From Gracilinanus agilis (lineage: Eukaryota), in assembly GCF_016433145.1 (NCBI RefSeq), contig NC_058131.1, positions 669,461,418 to 669,525,417 on the forward strand: a DNA stretch of 64,000 nt, read 5' to 3'. The position numbers and the translations under genes were made by a program. Positions 1 to 11,401 of the stretch are shown here, one piece after another. Numbering within the stretch: the first letter of the stretch is position 1; the number at the start of each line of letters is the position of its first letter. The notes under the pieces were generated by a model. It was not told where the DNA came from and did not search any database. It was given only the letters and a program-made list of their open reading frames with translations.

Positions 1-400
1 CCCGAACCGGAACTGCTTCTGGGGGCGTGGTCTCGGCTGGAAGCGAGGCGGAGCCAAGCCCGGAAAGGGCGCGAGAATGGAGGGAGGGGAGGCGAGGGGA
101 GGAGGAAGGCGGGAGGAAGGGGAGGGGGAAGCCGGGGAGCGAGAGTGCGCATGTGTGAAGGCCGGGGCCCAGGGCCCTAGCGGAGGAAGGGATGAGGGTG
201 GGGAAATAAAGGAGGGGAGGAGCCAATGAGGGAGATAGGGCGTGGCTGAGGTCAAGGGGCGGCGCCTATGAGCGGAGGGCCACCGCCGCTACTGCTGCTA
301 CTGCTGAGTTGAGTGGCAGCCTTCTGCTGGGGGTGTGGAGGGGTGGGGCGGGGAAGGGGTCGAGGAGCGGGAAACCTAGTGAAGCCCATCCTGGGCTCTA
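1..400. promoter_or_regulatory. CpG-island housekeeping-type promoter (by gene order probably the divergently transcribed SAMD8 promoter, 2.35 kb upstream of the DUSP13A ATG)
   Basis: Very GC/CpG-rich against a CpG-poor background. ETS CCGGAA at 7-12, GC box GGGGCGTGG at ~22, NRF1-like TGCGCATGTG at 146-155, CCAAT at 223-227. The SAMD8 assignment rests on the known human gene order only; no SAMD8 exon is in the window. Confidence 0.75.
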
Positions 401-479
401 GCTCCGGAACCTAGAGATGAAGGCCATCTGAGCAGTCACCTCTGGTCAGCCCCTCCCCGTTTCCCAGACAATGCACCGA

Positions 480-930
480 GGGCTTGACTTGGCTGAGTCC
501 GGGTTACCTGAGTTCGAATCCCGACTCAGAAGTTAGCTTGGGTGTCTCAGTTTCCTCATCTGTAAAACGGGGATAATAATATCCCTTGACTCAAATGAAA
601 TAATCTACGAGAAAATGTTGAGAACTTTAAAGCATCAGATAAATATCAGATATTATCACTGAGGACAGATGCCTACAAGGGTCTGAACTGTATTACAGCC
701 TAGCTGCACAGTTGGGGGTGAGGGTGGGAAATCAGCCTTTATAGAACACTGCCTCCCCAGCGAAGCGCTTCCTAAACATAATTTGATCCTCACGATAACA
801 GCTCTATAAAGCAGGAGCTGTCAATACCTTCATTTGACATTTGAGGAAACTGAGGCAGAGACGTTGTTAAGTGAGAGTCTCAGCAAATTTGAGCTCCGGC
901 CTTCCTGATTTGAAGCCCAGCATTCTATCC
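480..930. mobile_element. MIR-family SINE fragments (one + and one - copy)
   Basis: Core motif CTCAGTTTCCTCATCTGTAAAA at ~546 and reverse GAGGAAACTGAGGC at ~843. Confidence 0.7.
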
Positions 931-1198
931 CCCTGTGACACCTAGAATGGGGTAGAATGCTTCCTCTGCACCAGTTAGGACGCTCTCCAAAGAGCCTCAA
1001 ACTCTAAGGCTCCTTCCCAGCTCTGGGGGGAAACCATCCCCACCAGGGTTCAGCCGAAGCCTCTTCCCAGCAAGCTCAGGACAAAAAACACAGAAGCCTC
1101 CTGTGAAAGGACTTCTTGCTCCAAGTCACTCCTGGCAAAAGAGACTGGAGATGTCCAATGACAGACCTACCCATGCCCTGGCTCCAAAAGATCAATGG

Positions 1199-1373
1199 AC
1201 AGCGAGGTGGCTTAGAGCCTAGAGAGCCAGGACTGGGTTTAAATTTGACCTCAAACACTTACTAGCTGTGTGACCCTGGACAAGTCTCTTAACCCCCACT
1301 GTCTAGCCCTTACCACTCTTCTTCTGCCTTGGAACTGATTTTAAGTTAAAAAGGTAAGGGCTCAAAAAAAAAA
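1199..1373 (+). mobile_element. Marsupial (opossum-type) SINE
   Basis: CTAGCTGTGTGACCCTGGACAAGTC core, CTTCTGCCTTGGAAC...AAGGTAAGGG tail and poly-A. Confidence 0.8.
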
Positions 1374-1698
1374 AGCCCTTAGTCCTAATATTTTCCTGTT
1401 TTAAGTATTATTAAACCATTTCTTCCTCAAAATCTCCATTTCCAGTTAGAATACCAGATCCATAGCTTATCATTAGAGTTAAAGCTGGAAGGAATTTAAA
1501 TGGCCACCTTAATCCAAATCCCTTATTTTACAGATTAAAACACACACACACACAACTGAGAAGTCAGACTATTTTATTCATAACTCAACCTTCTGACTGC
1601 TTGAGATCCTCTCTGTTACTTTTGCCAAGATCTTTCTATTTTCAGGATTCCCACCATTCAACAACTCTTCCCAATCCCCACAAATTATCTGTTTAGGG

Positions 1699-1902
1699 CA
1701 GTGATGGGCAAACTTTTTAAAGAGGGGGCCAAAGGAAAGGAAATGCTCATCTGTCAGTCTGTTTCTAAGGCAACTCTTTCAAAGTTTCATTGTATTGTAT
1801 CCTACTCATTGTATTCGTCAGATTAGGAATAATGTTGCACAGCCAGATAGAACATTTCAGGGGGCTGCATCTGGCCCGTGGGCCGTAGTTTGCCCATCAC
1901 TG
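1699..1902. mobile_element. Non-autonomous hAT/Charlie-type DNA transposon (MITE), 204 bp
   Basis: Perfect 16-bp TIR CAGTGATGGGCAAACT; perfect 8-bp target-site duplication GTTTAGGG at 1691-1698 and 1903-1910. Confidence 0.92.
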
Positions 1903-2750
1903 GTTTAGGGGACTAGAATGTTTGAATGGAGCTTGAAGTTCATTGGAAATTTAAGAAAGTTTTCTGGTTCTGTTCACATCCACCTAATCTCTTCTGTAAC
2001 CCAGGCCCCTGAAATAATGTGGGATAGAGTTTTACCGTTCCTGATGAGGTCTTGAGTATCCTCCCATAGTGTCTAGCAGACCCAAGACTTGTGAGTTCAT
2101 GGCTTTCATTTGTCCTTTCAAAGGAGAGAGGAAACCAAAGTCTCTTGTCCAGTAGTTTGGCCTTCTCAGTCTAAGCCTAGAGTATCCCATCTGATCTGGA
2201 TTAGAACATGAAACAGAATATTTTGCTCTCCTGAATCTATCTCTGGTCATTCTCCTCACTCACATCTCCAAATCTGGATGCAGAATTAAGCCCTTGCAAG
2301 AGGCAAGCACTGGGTCAATACAGTGGCCTAAAGTTATAGCTTCATCCCTAATATAGACCCTGGCCACAGCTGTGTTAACCTCTCTCATTTCTCAGTTTTA
2401 GAGCTCTTTGGGGACAGATAGAGATGCTGGGATGAGGGAAAAAAAAAAAAAAAAAAAAAAGGAAAAGAAAAAAGCTAATGGATGCTGGGGTTTCGGGGAG
2501 AGGAAAAAAATGGGAGTTAATCGGGGAAGGAAAAGTGACTGTTTTCTCTCTGGAGGCCACTTGTGCCTTGCTGAGTCACTCACTGCCATCCCACCTGTCC
2601 CTGCCAGTCTCTGGAGAGGAAAAATGATACCTGAGTGAGGAAAGGCACAAGTTCTAGGAAGGATTTGTTTATATCTTCTACCCCATCCCACCAATACAGG
2701 GCATACCCTGAGTTTCTCCAAGATAGAAAGGCTAAGGTCTCCTCCTGCTA

Positions 2751-2911
2751 ATGTCTGGGGAAAAGGTCCCCCCCAAAGAGATCAAAGCTGAGACGGATAA
2801 TTCAGATGTTTCCTGCCCTAGTGTCTCAGACCTGCAACAGCTCCTGCAAACAGGGAAGGTCTCCTGTAACCATGTGGATGAAGTCTGGCCTAACCTCTTC
2901 ATAGGAGATGC
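2751..2911 (+). CDS. DUSP13A: DUSP13A coding exon 1 (ends phase 2)
   Basis: ATG at 2751; encodes ...[13 protein letters not shown]; donor GC|GTGAGT. Confidence 0.93.
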
Positions 2912-5600
2912 GTGAGTGATAGCTTTGGGGCAGGAGGAAACCTGTTCTATTAGAAGTCTTGACAGCAAGAAGTAGAAGGAGACATACTGTGTTTGTAATT
3001 AGAATTGGCATGACTCTGTAGGGGGAAGGGGAAGACAGTTCTTAGGCACAACCATAAGGTAAGATGGTGAAAGCACTCAGTATTCCTAAAGGGGAAAAAA
3101 AAATACTGGGCTTAGAAACTAGGAGTTTTGTGTAGATTCCAGAAATCTCCCCAGAAACTCAGAACTGGTGACAAGCATATGGCAAGGAAGGCTTGGGGAA
3201 CAGAAGATGGAGAGAATAACAGGGATGTGGGTGAAAGACAAGATATAGAGTTAGCCTGGGCAATGTCTTGGAGGTTCCAAGAACCTGCAGGTATGCCATC
3301 TCAACTTATCTTGGTCCATTCTCTCTCTCCTCTTGCTCAGAATGACAGGAGGATGTCAACTGGGTTTTAGGGAACCCCAAGTCTGCCCTTGTCCCTTGAA
3401 AATTTGGCTTGGGGAAAGTCCCAGACTGACCTTGTTTCTGACTGAACAATAAACCTCTTGAAGTATTTAATGATCCCAGGTTAGGTGGGATTAGTAGATA
3501 AATAAGTACCTTTTTTGTCTTAGAAGTCCTTTCCCAGGTAACTCAGCTCCTGGCTGGAATCTTCCTTTTGTATCCATCATAAAGTCTCTCCTTGATAGTC
3601 TAGTCCTGGACTCCTCATTTCCTAGTAGCCATTGTAAAACTAATCAATCATATCTCTCTGTCCTTGGTTCCCCAAAGAGTATATAAGACCTCTATGTTCT
3701 ATTATTCTTTGGAGAATCACTTTTGGTGGTGCATTCTCCCAGAGTCCTAGAACTTTGGCTCTGTGTGGTATTAAGCACTTGACTCTGTGTGGCAGCCAAA
3801 TATTGAGCACTGTCTCTTATCCTGTTTAAAGATTTGGTCTTGCTGGCTACTTTAGTGGTTCTGTGTTTTTGAGTTGACAGGGACCTGGGGGGCAAGCTAA
3901 AAGGTAACTTGTAGATAAGATTAGAATTGATTCTTCTTCCTCAGTACCTGTTCCCTAGTTTCTTCCAGAAACCCTGGGGATTTGTGCTCTTCTGCATTGC
4001 CAACCAAAACTTCCTTCCAGATGTTTCCCATCCCTATATCCATAAGGTAACCAGCCTGGATCGATCAATCTACCAGTCACCCTGTCTGTCATTGTCTTCC
4101 TCCAGGGCCACAGCAAACAATCGCTTTGAGCTGTGGAAACTAGGCATCACTCATGTGCTGAATGCAGCCCATGGGGGGCTCTACTGCCAGGGGGGACCTG
4201 ACTTCTATGGCAGCTCTGTGAGCTATCTGGGGGTACCTGCCTACGATCTCCCTGACTTCAACATCAGTGCCTACTTTTCTTCCTCTGCTGATTTTATCCA
4301 CAGTGCCCTCTGCACGCCTGGGGGTACGAAATGGGTTGGGAATGGGTGGACGAGCTCTTCATTCATCTCTGCTATGCCAGTCCATCTCAGAAATGGACCC
4401 TTCATTTTCCCCTTTCTCTTCAATTAGGACCCGCCTACAGGTCTCCCCTGCCTTCCTATGATAGCCTAGAATCACTAGTTTACTCCCTTCAACCAAGGAA
4501 TATCAGGTGTTAAGAAATCCCCAACTATGATGAGACTCAGTCTTCACCCCAGATGTCTCCAGGTCTCCATTTTTTCACCCTAAAATAATTTCCCCATGAG
4601 CAAGCTGGAGTGGGAGAAAGGAAAGAAGAAGGTCAATGAAGGAACCTGGAGAAGGCAAAAAGGCAACTATTGGAAAGAGTTGGGGACAGTCTCTGCTCCT
4701 TCTAGAGGAGGTCTCAGTAGGAAGGCTTTTTTAGATTGATATGCAACTCTAGATAAGTCATCACCATTTTTTGAGCTTGTTTCCTTATGTGTACAATGGG
4801 ACCAGAGATAATAATGGCTTACTTTTGTACTGCCCTTTATACTTCTGAAAGCCTTTTCACATAGCCCATATTCATAATTGTAATTGCAGGGCAAGCCAAG
4901 TTATTCTACCCTTTTCAGAGATATGGAAAATGAGAATCATCCAATAGGTGCCAACAATCATATGGGTGACCTTTCATAGAACTGGGACAAGAATCAACAC
5001 AGGACCTTCCAATACTTTTGTACTGTCACTGTAAAAATACACACACACACACACACACACATATAGGAAAACCAACCAGAGTCAGGAACCTTGGATCCAA
5101 GTTCTACCCCTAACATATTAGTTATATGGCCATCAAGGATTCACTTCAATTCTGTTTCCTTATCTATAAAATGGGGATGATGAAAATCCTTGTATTACCT
5201 GCCCCACAGGATTATTGTAGAGAAAGTACTCCACAAATGTCATATCACTGTAGAAATATGAGCTGTTATTGCTCCCAGGGGGAGGTTCCTAGAGTAGTGA
5301 TTGAGTTTCTAGTAAGAATGAGAGAGCTCTGCCTCCCCTCTAGAACCTGGACTCTTCTCACCCCCTATTTCCCTCTTTCTTATTCCTCCAGCTAAGGTCC
5401 TAGTGCACTGTGTGGTGGGGGTCAGCCGATCAGCCACTCTGGTCTTGGCTTACCTCATGTTAAGACAAAGGCTAACCCTGATGCAGGCTGTGAGTTCTGT
5501 GAAACAACACCGTTGGATCTTCCCCAACTCTGGTTTCCTCAAGCAGCTCTGCCAGCTGGACAAGCAACTTCAGGAGTCAGGAGCAACAGTGAAGGACTGA
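2751..5600 (+). CDS. DUSP13A: Dual-specificity phosphatase 13A (MDSP/BEDP), 195 aa; join(2751..2911,4106..4323,5392..5600)
   Basis: Spliced frame MSGEKVPP...[67 protein letters not shown].../[23 protein letters not shown]...QESGATVKD*. Closely matches the known MDSP sequence. GT-AG introns, in-frame TAA upstream (2733-2735), 588 nt total. Confidence 0.95.
4106..4323 (+). CDS. DUSP13A: DUSP13A coding exon 2 (218 nt, phase 2-1)
   Basis: Acceptor TTCCTCCAG|G; encodes [10 protein letters not shown]...PAYDLPDF (general-acid Asp); donor GGGG|GTACGA. Confidence 0.95.
5392..5600 (+). CDS. DUSP13A: DUSP13A coding exon 3 (catalytic HCVVGVSRS)
   Basis: Acceptor TTCCTCCAG|CT; HCxxGxxR at 5406-5429; TGA at 5598-5600. 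Confidence 0.95.
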
Positions 5601-6948
5601 GAGAGCAGCCCCTTATTACTTTCTGGCTTCTTCTATAAGACAACATCCTCACCATCATTCTGCCCTTCAAAAGAGGATAGGACAGCAAACAGAAGAATTA
5701 TCACCAGAAAGGAGATTTCTGCCTTGGCAAGGCTAGGGTTGGTTTGGGGTGGGGAGAATTAGGAGCACCTTCTGTCTTTTTGCCAAGATTGGTCTCTCAT
5801 CCAGAAGAGGTTAGTATGGCTCCTGGTCCTAGCTGCCTCAGGGAGCTTAGTGATTTGAATGTACCTACTCTTCCTTGCCAACATGGGGGAAGCAAGGACA
5901 GTGGAAAGATTCCCAATTCAAGTAAATCAAGAGAAGAGTTGAGACTCTTGGGGACAGGAAGATAAGGAATGTTTAGAGGTCTAAGGTCTACTGTCTCCCC
6001 AGTCCACTAATCCCTCAAATTTCTTGTTTCTCAGCCTGAGAACACCTACATACTAGCCACCCCACTCTGTAAGCTACTGGTTCTCCATTCCTACCTAAAG
6101 AACTAGATAGTATTTGGCGGGAGGAAGAAAGAAGAGAAGAAGGAAGAGAATACAAGATGATATAGATTGGGGTTGGGGGAGATCATGAGTGAAATATGTG
6201 TGTGGGTAGAAGGCAAGGATAATGAAACTTGTAAATTGCTCAACTTTGTTTGGGCCAGGTTCTTCTTCTTTTCCCTAAAGGCAGCAAAGGGGTTAGGTTG
6301 AGGAAAGGTCTGAGGGAACCACCTGCAAGGTCCCAATGGTCATCAAATTCTAACTGTAAACTCCACTCCCCACGCCTGCCCCCAACCTTCTATCAAATCA
6401 TACCCAATACCCATCAAAACTAAGGTTTATCATCCAATCCCAGATTCCCTAACACCATTTTGTCTACCCTCTAACCTGCCAACAATGCCTTGGACACCCA
6501 TGCTAGAAGATGTAAGGGTGGGGGGGGGGGTGTTTTTGTATTGGAAAAGAGGTAGGACTATGTCTAGACTTCCCACATTGGAGGAGCAAGACTGATGTTA
6601 GTACTTCTGAGGCCTTCTTCCCTCCTATTCTTCTTCCTCCATTGTGTCCCTCTACCTAAGATTTCTGGCTTCAAACATATCTCCACATACTTCTCCAGGC
6701 ACATCAGGTTTTTCCCTCTCTCTTTCCCTTTCTTTCCAACAACCTCCAGATCTCACTCTTCTACTCCTCCCACCCCACTCTTGACCGCCCCACTCATGGC
6801 ACACATTCAGAGGAAACTCAGGCTCTGGCTCTGTGGGCAGGACTTTCAGGTTAAATTGTCTACTATCTCAGGTACTCTCTCAGAAATGGAGAGAAAGGAA
6901 GCTACACCTTATGAAATAACTACCTCAGGGTTTGATGAGCCTGTCTTT

Positions 6949-6954
6949 AATAAA
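6949..6954 (+). terminator. First canonical AATAAA after DUSP13A stop (candidate poly(A) signal; a second at 7348-7353)
   Basis: Hexamer seen; use as the actual site is inference. Confidence 0.4.
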
Positions 6955-7843
6955 TATCCAAGCTTCTCTAAACCAGAGAATAGTAGACTTTCTTGAGGTC
7001 ATCCTTTATAGCCAAACTCCTTTTCAATGTCAGATTACTTCTAGCCTAGACCAGGAGAGTCTCTCCTATTTTGAGATCTCTAGGAAAGGACATGTCTCAT
7101 ATTCCCTTTGGTCATTAAGTTTATCCTTAAGTCTATTCTGAGTCTCTCCTGTTGTCATTTAAATGCATAGCTTCTTGTTCGGTGTATAGGTGTATAATGT
7201 GTATAATAGAAACAGAAAATGGCCCATATCCCTGCTCCCTCTGAAACAGAAAGAAATTATTCTGTTACTCCTAATTGCCATTCTTCCTAAGTCTTTCCAC
7301 AGACCTTAGTGATGAACTCTGGGGTTTTCTTCCATCTCCAACTGCTAAATAAAAAGGGGATAGACTGTTTTAAGGTTCAGAGATCCAGTGACTGCAGCAG
7401 ACTCTAAATAGATCCATAGGGTAGCAGAGGTGGAGAAAGGGAAAGTTTTAAATAAGAAACAAATAGACTGTTCTTCCTGGAGGGACTATGAACTGCCATA
7501 TAGGTGACACCAGAGAGGCAGAATGGGGTGCTGGAATTAAAATCTGGAAAAGCTGGGTTTGAATTCTGCTTAGACATTTATTAGCTGTAGGCTTTTGGTC
7601 AAGTCAGTGAACTTTGCATCTTAGTTTCCTCATCTATAAACTGAAAGGGTTAAACCTGATGACCTCTAAGGTCCCTTCTACTTCTAAATGGATGATCCCT
7701 ATGAATTAGGGAACAAACTCTTTTTTGTCCAAGTAGTAGTTATTAAAGCCGGAATCTTAAACTTCCCTGGCCTTAATGAATCCTTAAATATCTTTATATT
7801 TTTATTATATCTAGGTGGTCATTGAACACCTAGAAAAGGGAAT

Positions 7844-8080
7844 TCTTCTGTTCAGTTGTTTCCAACTTTCTATGACCCCATTTAGAATTTTCTTAGCAAA
7901 GATGCTAGAGCGTTTTGCCATTTCCTTTTCCAGATCACTTTATATATGAGGAAACTGAGGCAAACAGAGTTAAGTGACTTGCTCTGAATCACAGGGAGCT
8001 AGTAAGTATCCAAAGTTGGATTTGAACTTAAGTCTTCCTGATTTCAGGGCCAGTACTCTATCCCTTGTGCCACCTAGCTG
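7844..8080 (-). mobile_element. MAR1-like marsupial SINE
   Basis: GACCCCATTT...TTAGCAAAGAT...GCCATTTCCTT, GAGGAAACTGAGGCAAACAGAGTTAAGTGACTTG motifs. Confidence 0.75.
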
Positions 8081-8119
8081 TCCTCACAAAGGGAACAGAT
8101 GATTATAAAAAGCCAGAGT

Positions 8120-8835
8120 AGCTTTGTCAAGAACAGGTCAGGCTAGACTAACCTCATTTCCTCTTTTGACAAGATTATTAAACTTGTACTTGAGGGGAAT
8201 TCTGTGGGAACAGCTTATCTTGATTTTAGCAAAGCTTTTGATAACATATCTCCTACTATTTTTATGGAGAAGACAAAGAGATATGGATTAGCTGATAAAA
8301 TAGATTGCTTCACAATGTTGGATGGCTGGATTCAAAGAATAGCTATTATAGTTGAATGTCAACTTGACAAGAAGCCTCTATAGTACCCGAGGGATGTATA
8401 CTTGGCCTCAGACTTTTAATATTTTTTTTAACAATGATTCACATCTGTAAAGGCTCACCAAATTTGCTGAAAACACAAAACTGAGAAAAATAGCCAACAT
8501 ACTGACTCAATCAACTGATGACTCAGAATTTTGCTGAATCTAAAAAGATGAAATTCAATCACAGACATTTCTTAGCTGCCTGACCCCTGGGCAAGGCATT
8601 TAACCCCAATGGCCCTTATCCCTCTTCTGCATTGGAACTAATACTTAGTATTGATTGCAAGACTGAGGGTAAGGGAAAGAAAAGGAAAAAAGAAAAAGGA
8701 AGAATTTCAGTCATGGGACAAGTCTCTCCTTTGGACACAAAGTGTCAACTTCACAAGTACAAAATGGGAGAGGCAAAGTTAAACAGTACTTGTTTTGAGA
8801 AAGATCTAGGGGTTTTAGTAGATGTGTAAACTCGA
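8120..8835 (+). mobile_element. L3/CR1 LINE reverse-transcriptase fragment (5' part, degenerate)
   Basis: From 8123 translates FVKNRSG*TNLISSFDKIIKLVLEGNSVGTAYLDFSKAFD, the CR1 RT signature. Confidence 0.85.
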
Positions 8836-8840
8836 TAGTG

Positions 8841-9598
8841 TGTGAAGTGGAAATTGAGGGGACTTTGAAAATATCAAAGTACACCTTCTTAAATCACTAT
8901 TTAAAAATATGACCAGGGAAATACATCACTTAAAATATAATGCTTTATTGAGAGAGAACTAGAGAAATGGGGGGGATTGTCTCAAGTCACTGACCCAAGA
9001 CAGATCACCCTAACCCCTAAAGATTTACAGAGAAAACGCAGGGAACTGTGTCAAGTCATTAACCCAAGACAACTACCTAAAAATTCACCGGAAAATCCCT
9101 TATTTATAGGAGAATCCAGATGTAACCAAGCCTCCCAGAAGGGATTATAACATTTTTGCAATGGTTGGAGACAGACTGTTGAATATTACAATGGACACAT
9201 TGGAGCTAATTAACATCTTCAAGAAATTGGGGAGTAGCTTTATAGTGGGCACATTCAAGCATTTTAGCATTTGAAAGAAATGATCAGGAAGTTGGAGACC
9301 AATAGAGAATTCCCGGATGGGACTGGATTGTCTGAGAGGAGCTGATGTCAAGTCTTTGGGCTTGACCATCTGGTAGAAGCCTCCAATATAATGGAAGAGA
9401 CTTCTACACAAAAGGATACTAGGAGATTGGTACTAAAGACTTGATCTTTGGGTACTTTCAGGATCAAAGACCGGAATCAGCCTAGGACAAATTCCCTTAA
9501 GGCTGGAAAACCTTTGTAAGGATGGAGGTAGGGTCTTGAAGGAAGAAATGGATAGATATTAATAACTTGAGAATAACACACTAATATCTCATTGCACA
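8841..9598 (-). mobile_element. Probable solo LTR inserted in the L3 element
   Basis: TG...CA-type ends; on the - strand TATAAATA (9101-9108) followed by AATAAA (8944-8949); interrupts otherwise collinear L3 sequence. No clear TSD found, so ends are approximate. Confidence 0.6.
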
Positions 9599-9614
9599 CA
9601 ATTGGAAAGAGCAG

Positions 9615-10100
9615 TGTGATGCAGCAACAAAGAAAACTAATATCATTCTGGGTTGCAGTAAGAGGGGAACAGTTTCCAGAAATAAGGAGAGAATAGTCTT
9701 CCATACTTTCTTCTTATCAGTCCTCATCTGATATATGTGTTCAATTCTGAATGCAAACCTGAGGAAGAATGTTGAAAAGTTAGTGTCGGAGAGGGCAATG
9801 GTGGTGACCAAGTGTGGCAAAAAACCATGAATCTGTGTCATATGAGGTTTGGTTAGAGGAACTAGAGAGGGATGTTTGGCCTGGAGAAGAGAAGACTTTA
9901 GGAAGAACATGATTTGTGCTTTCAAATATTTGAAGGCCTGTTTTGTGAAGGATCCTGAAGGACAAGAAGCCAATTGAGGATTGATGTCAGGAACTTCCAA
10001 ACAATAAAAACTGTCCCAGACTGGAATGGGTCATTTCTAAGGGTAGTAGGCTTTCCCTCCCTGTAGGTCTTCTTCAAGTGCAGGCCAGATGACTATTTGG
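9615..10100 (+). mobile_element. L3/CR1 LINE 3' ORF2 fragment
   Basis: CAGTGTGATGCAGCA...TGTGTTCAATTCTG...GGCCTGGAGAAGAGAAGACT...TTCAAATATTTGAAGG corresponds to the CR1 C-terminal (LEKRRL...FKYLKG) region. Confidence 0.8.
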
Positions 10101-11267
10101 TCAAATTTTAGTCCAGATTACTTTCATGTTGGGGTTGTACCAGATGACTAATGAGGTCCCTTCTAAGTCTCAACTTCTGTAGTTCTATGTCCTAAGTCTG
10201 CTTCTTGAGGAAGTCATTCAGACTTAGATTAAATCTCTGGGAATGACTTTCCTTAGAGGTCATCAAATTCAATTCCTTTTTCAGAAAAGGGAACTAAGGC
10301 CCAAATTAGTCAAATGACTTGCCCCATGTCACAGCTAGTCAGCAGCAAAGCAAGATCCATATTTCTTGATTCCTAGTACAATCCTCTTTCCACTTTATTA
10401 CGTGCTGGGTTCCTCTCTTCTGTAAAATGAGCTAGCAACTGACCTTTCCCCAACTGTGTGGGAGGTCAATCAATTAATCAAACAAGCAGGAAACTCAGGA
10501 AGTAGAGGCTAAAAACCTGAAATTGTTCCCTGGAGAATTCTAACAGACCAATGCTAGGGCTCTCCCTTGGGCTATGACTTAATCCTGTTGTGGACTTAGG
10601 TAAAAAGAGCCAAGATGACTCAACTAAACGATAAGTGGTTATGGCACAACATTATCTTTTTTTTTTTTTTTTTAATTTTTTCCTCACCCCCAAAAAAGGC
10701 TACCAGAGGTAGATGACCTACAAATAGACTTTTGCTTTTATATCATGTTCATTTCTGAACAGGCCCCTACCCTTTTTTTTCTACCTTTGTAACAACAACA
10801 ATTACAACACAGAGTTCAACAAATCAATATAACAACTGTGATTGACAGCATAAAGCAACATTCAACATCCACAATGTTCAACTTCTTCTGTGAAAGGAAG
10901 TTGTTTAACCTTATTTTTCCCATTGTTCCTATTGAAGACTCAAGATATGAAGGGAGTGCTTCTCAGGAAGCTAAATCTTTGGGTCCCTTGGTGGGGAATG
11001 GGTCAGGGGCTACCATCCAACAACCTGTAGGTGAGATCTTTAAGAAAACCTAGGCTTTCCCCCCAATATTCCTCCCCTTGGCACCACCCACACCCTCATA
11101 TAAGTAGGTTAGTATTTCCCTAGAGAAAGTATTTCCCCATTAACTTTCTCTTGCTGATTCTACTTCTTCTGCACTTATTTCCTACCACCTGTCATCTTTT
11201 ATTGTTCTCTGTCTTCAGGGTTCCTTTGGACTGCACCCTGAGTAGAGTGCTCTCCAGTGGGGGTCAA

Positions 11268-11401
11268 ATGGATGGGAAGATGTTTCACAAGATCAGATAT
11301 AAGACACCAGAGTTGAATGACCTGCAGCGACTCCTCTTGACTCAAAGTGGGTCTCGGAATCATATGGACGAAGTCTGGCCTAACATCTACGTGGGAGATT
11401 T
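11268..11401 (+). CDS. Third paralog coding exon 1 (exon probably starts at acceptor 11219)
   Basis: [11 protein letters not shown] motif; donor TT|GTAAGA at 11402. Confidence 0.88.

Noticed and set aside
2375-2721. Poly-Phe/poly-Lys ORFs
   Set aside because: Translation of a poly-A tract at ~2438-2460.
2732-3011. Minus-strand ORFs 2732-2968 and 2826-3011 (likewise 11199-11423, 12553-12822, 22047-22359, 25194-25385)
   Set aside because: Antisense shadows of real DUSP exons with no independent protein signature.
2912-3060. Alternative strong donor AAG|GTAAGA at 3058/3059 extending DUSP13A exon 1
   Set aside because: Read-through meets TGA immediately after the normal donor, so it could not encode a longer protein.
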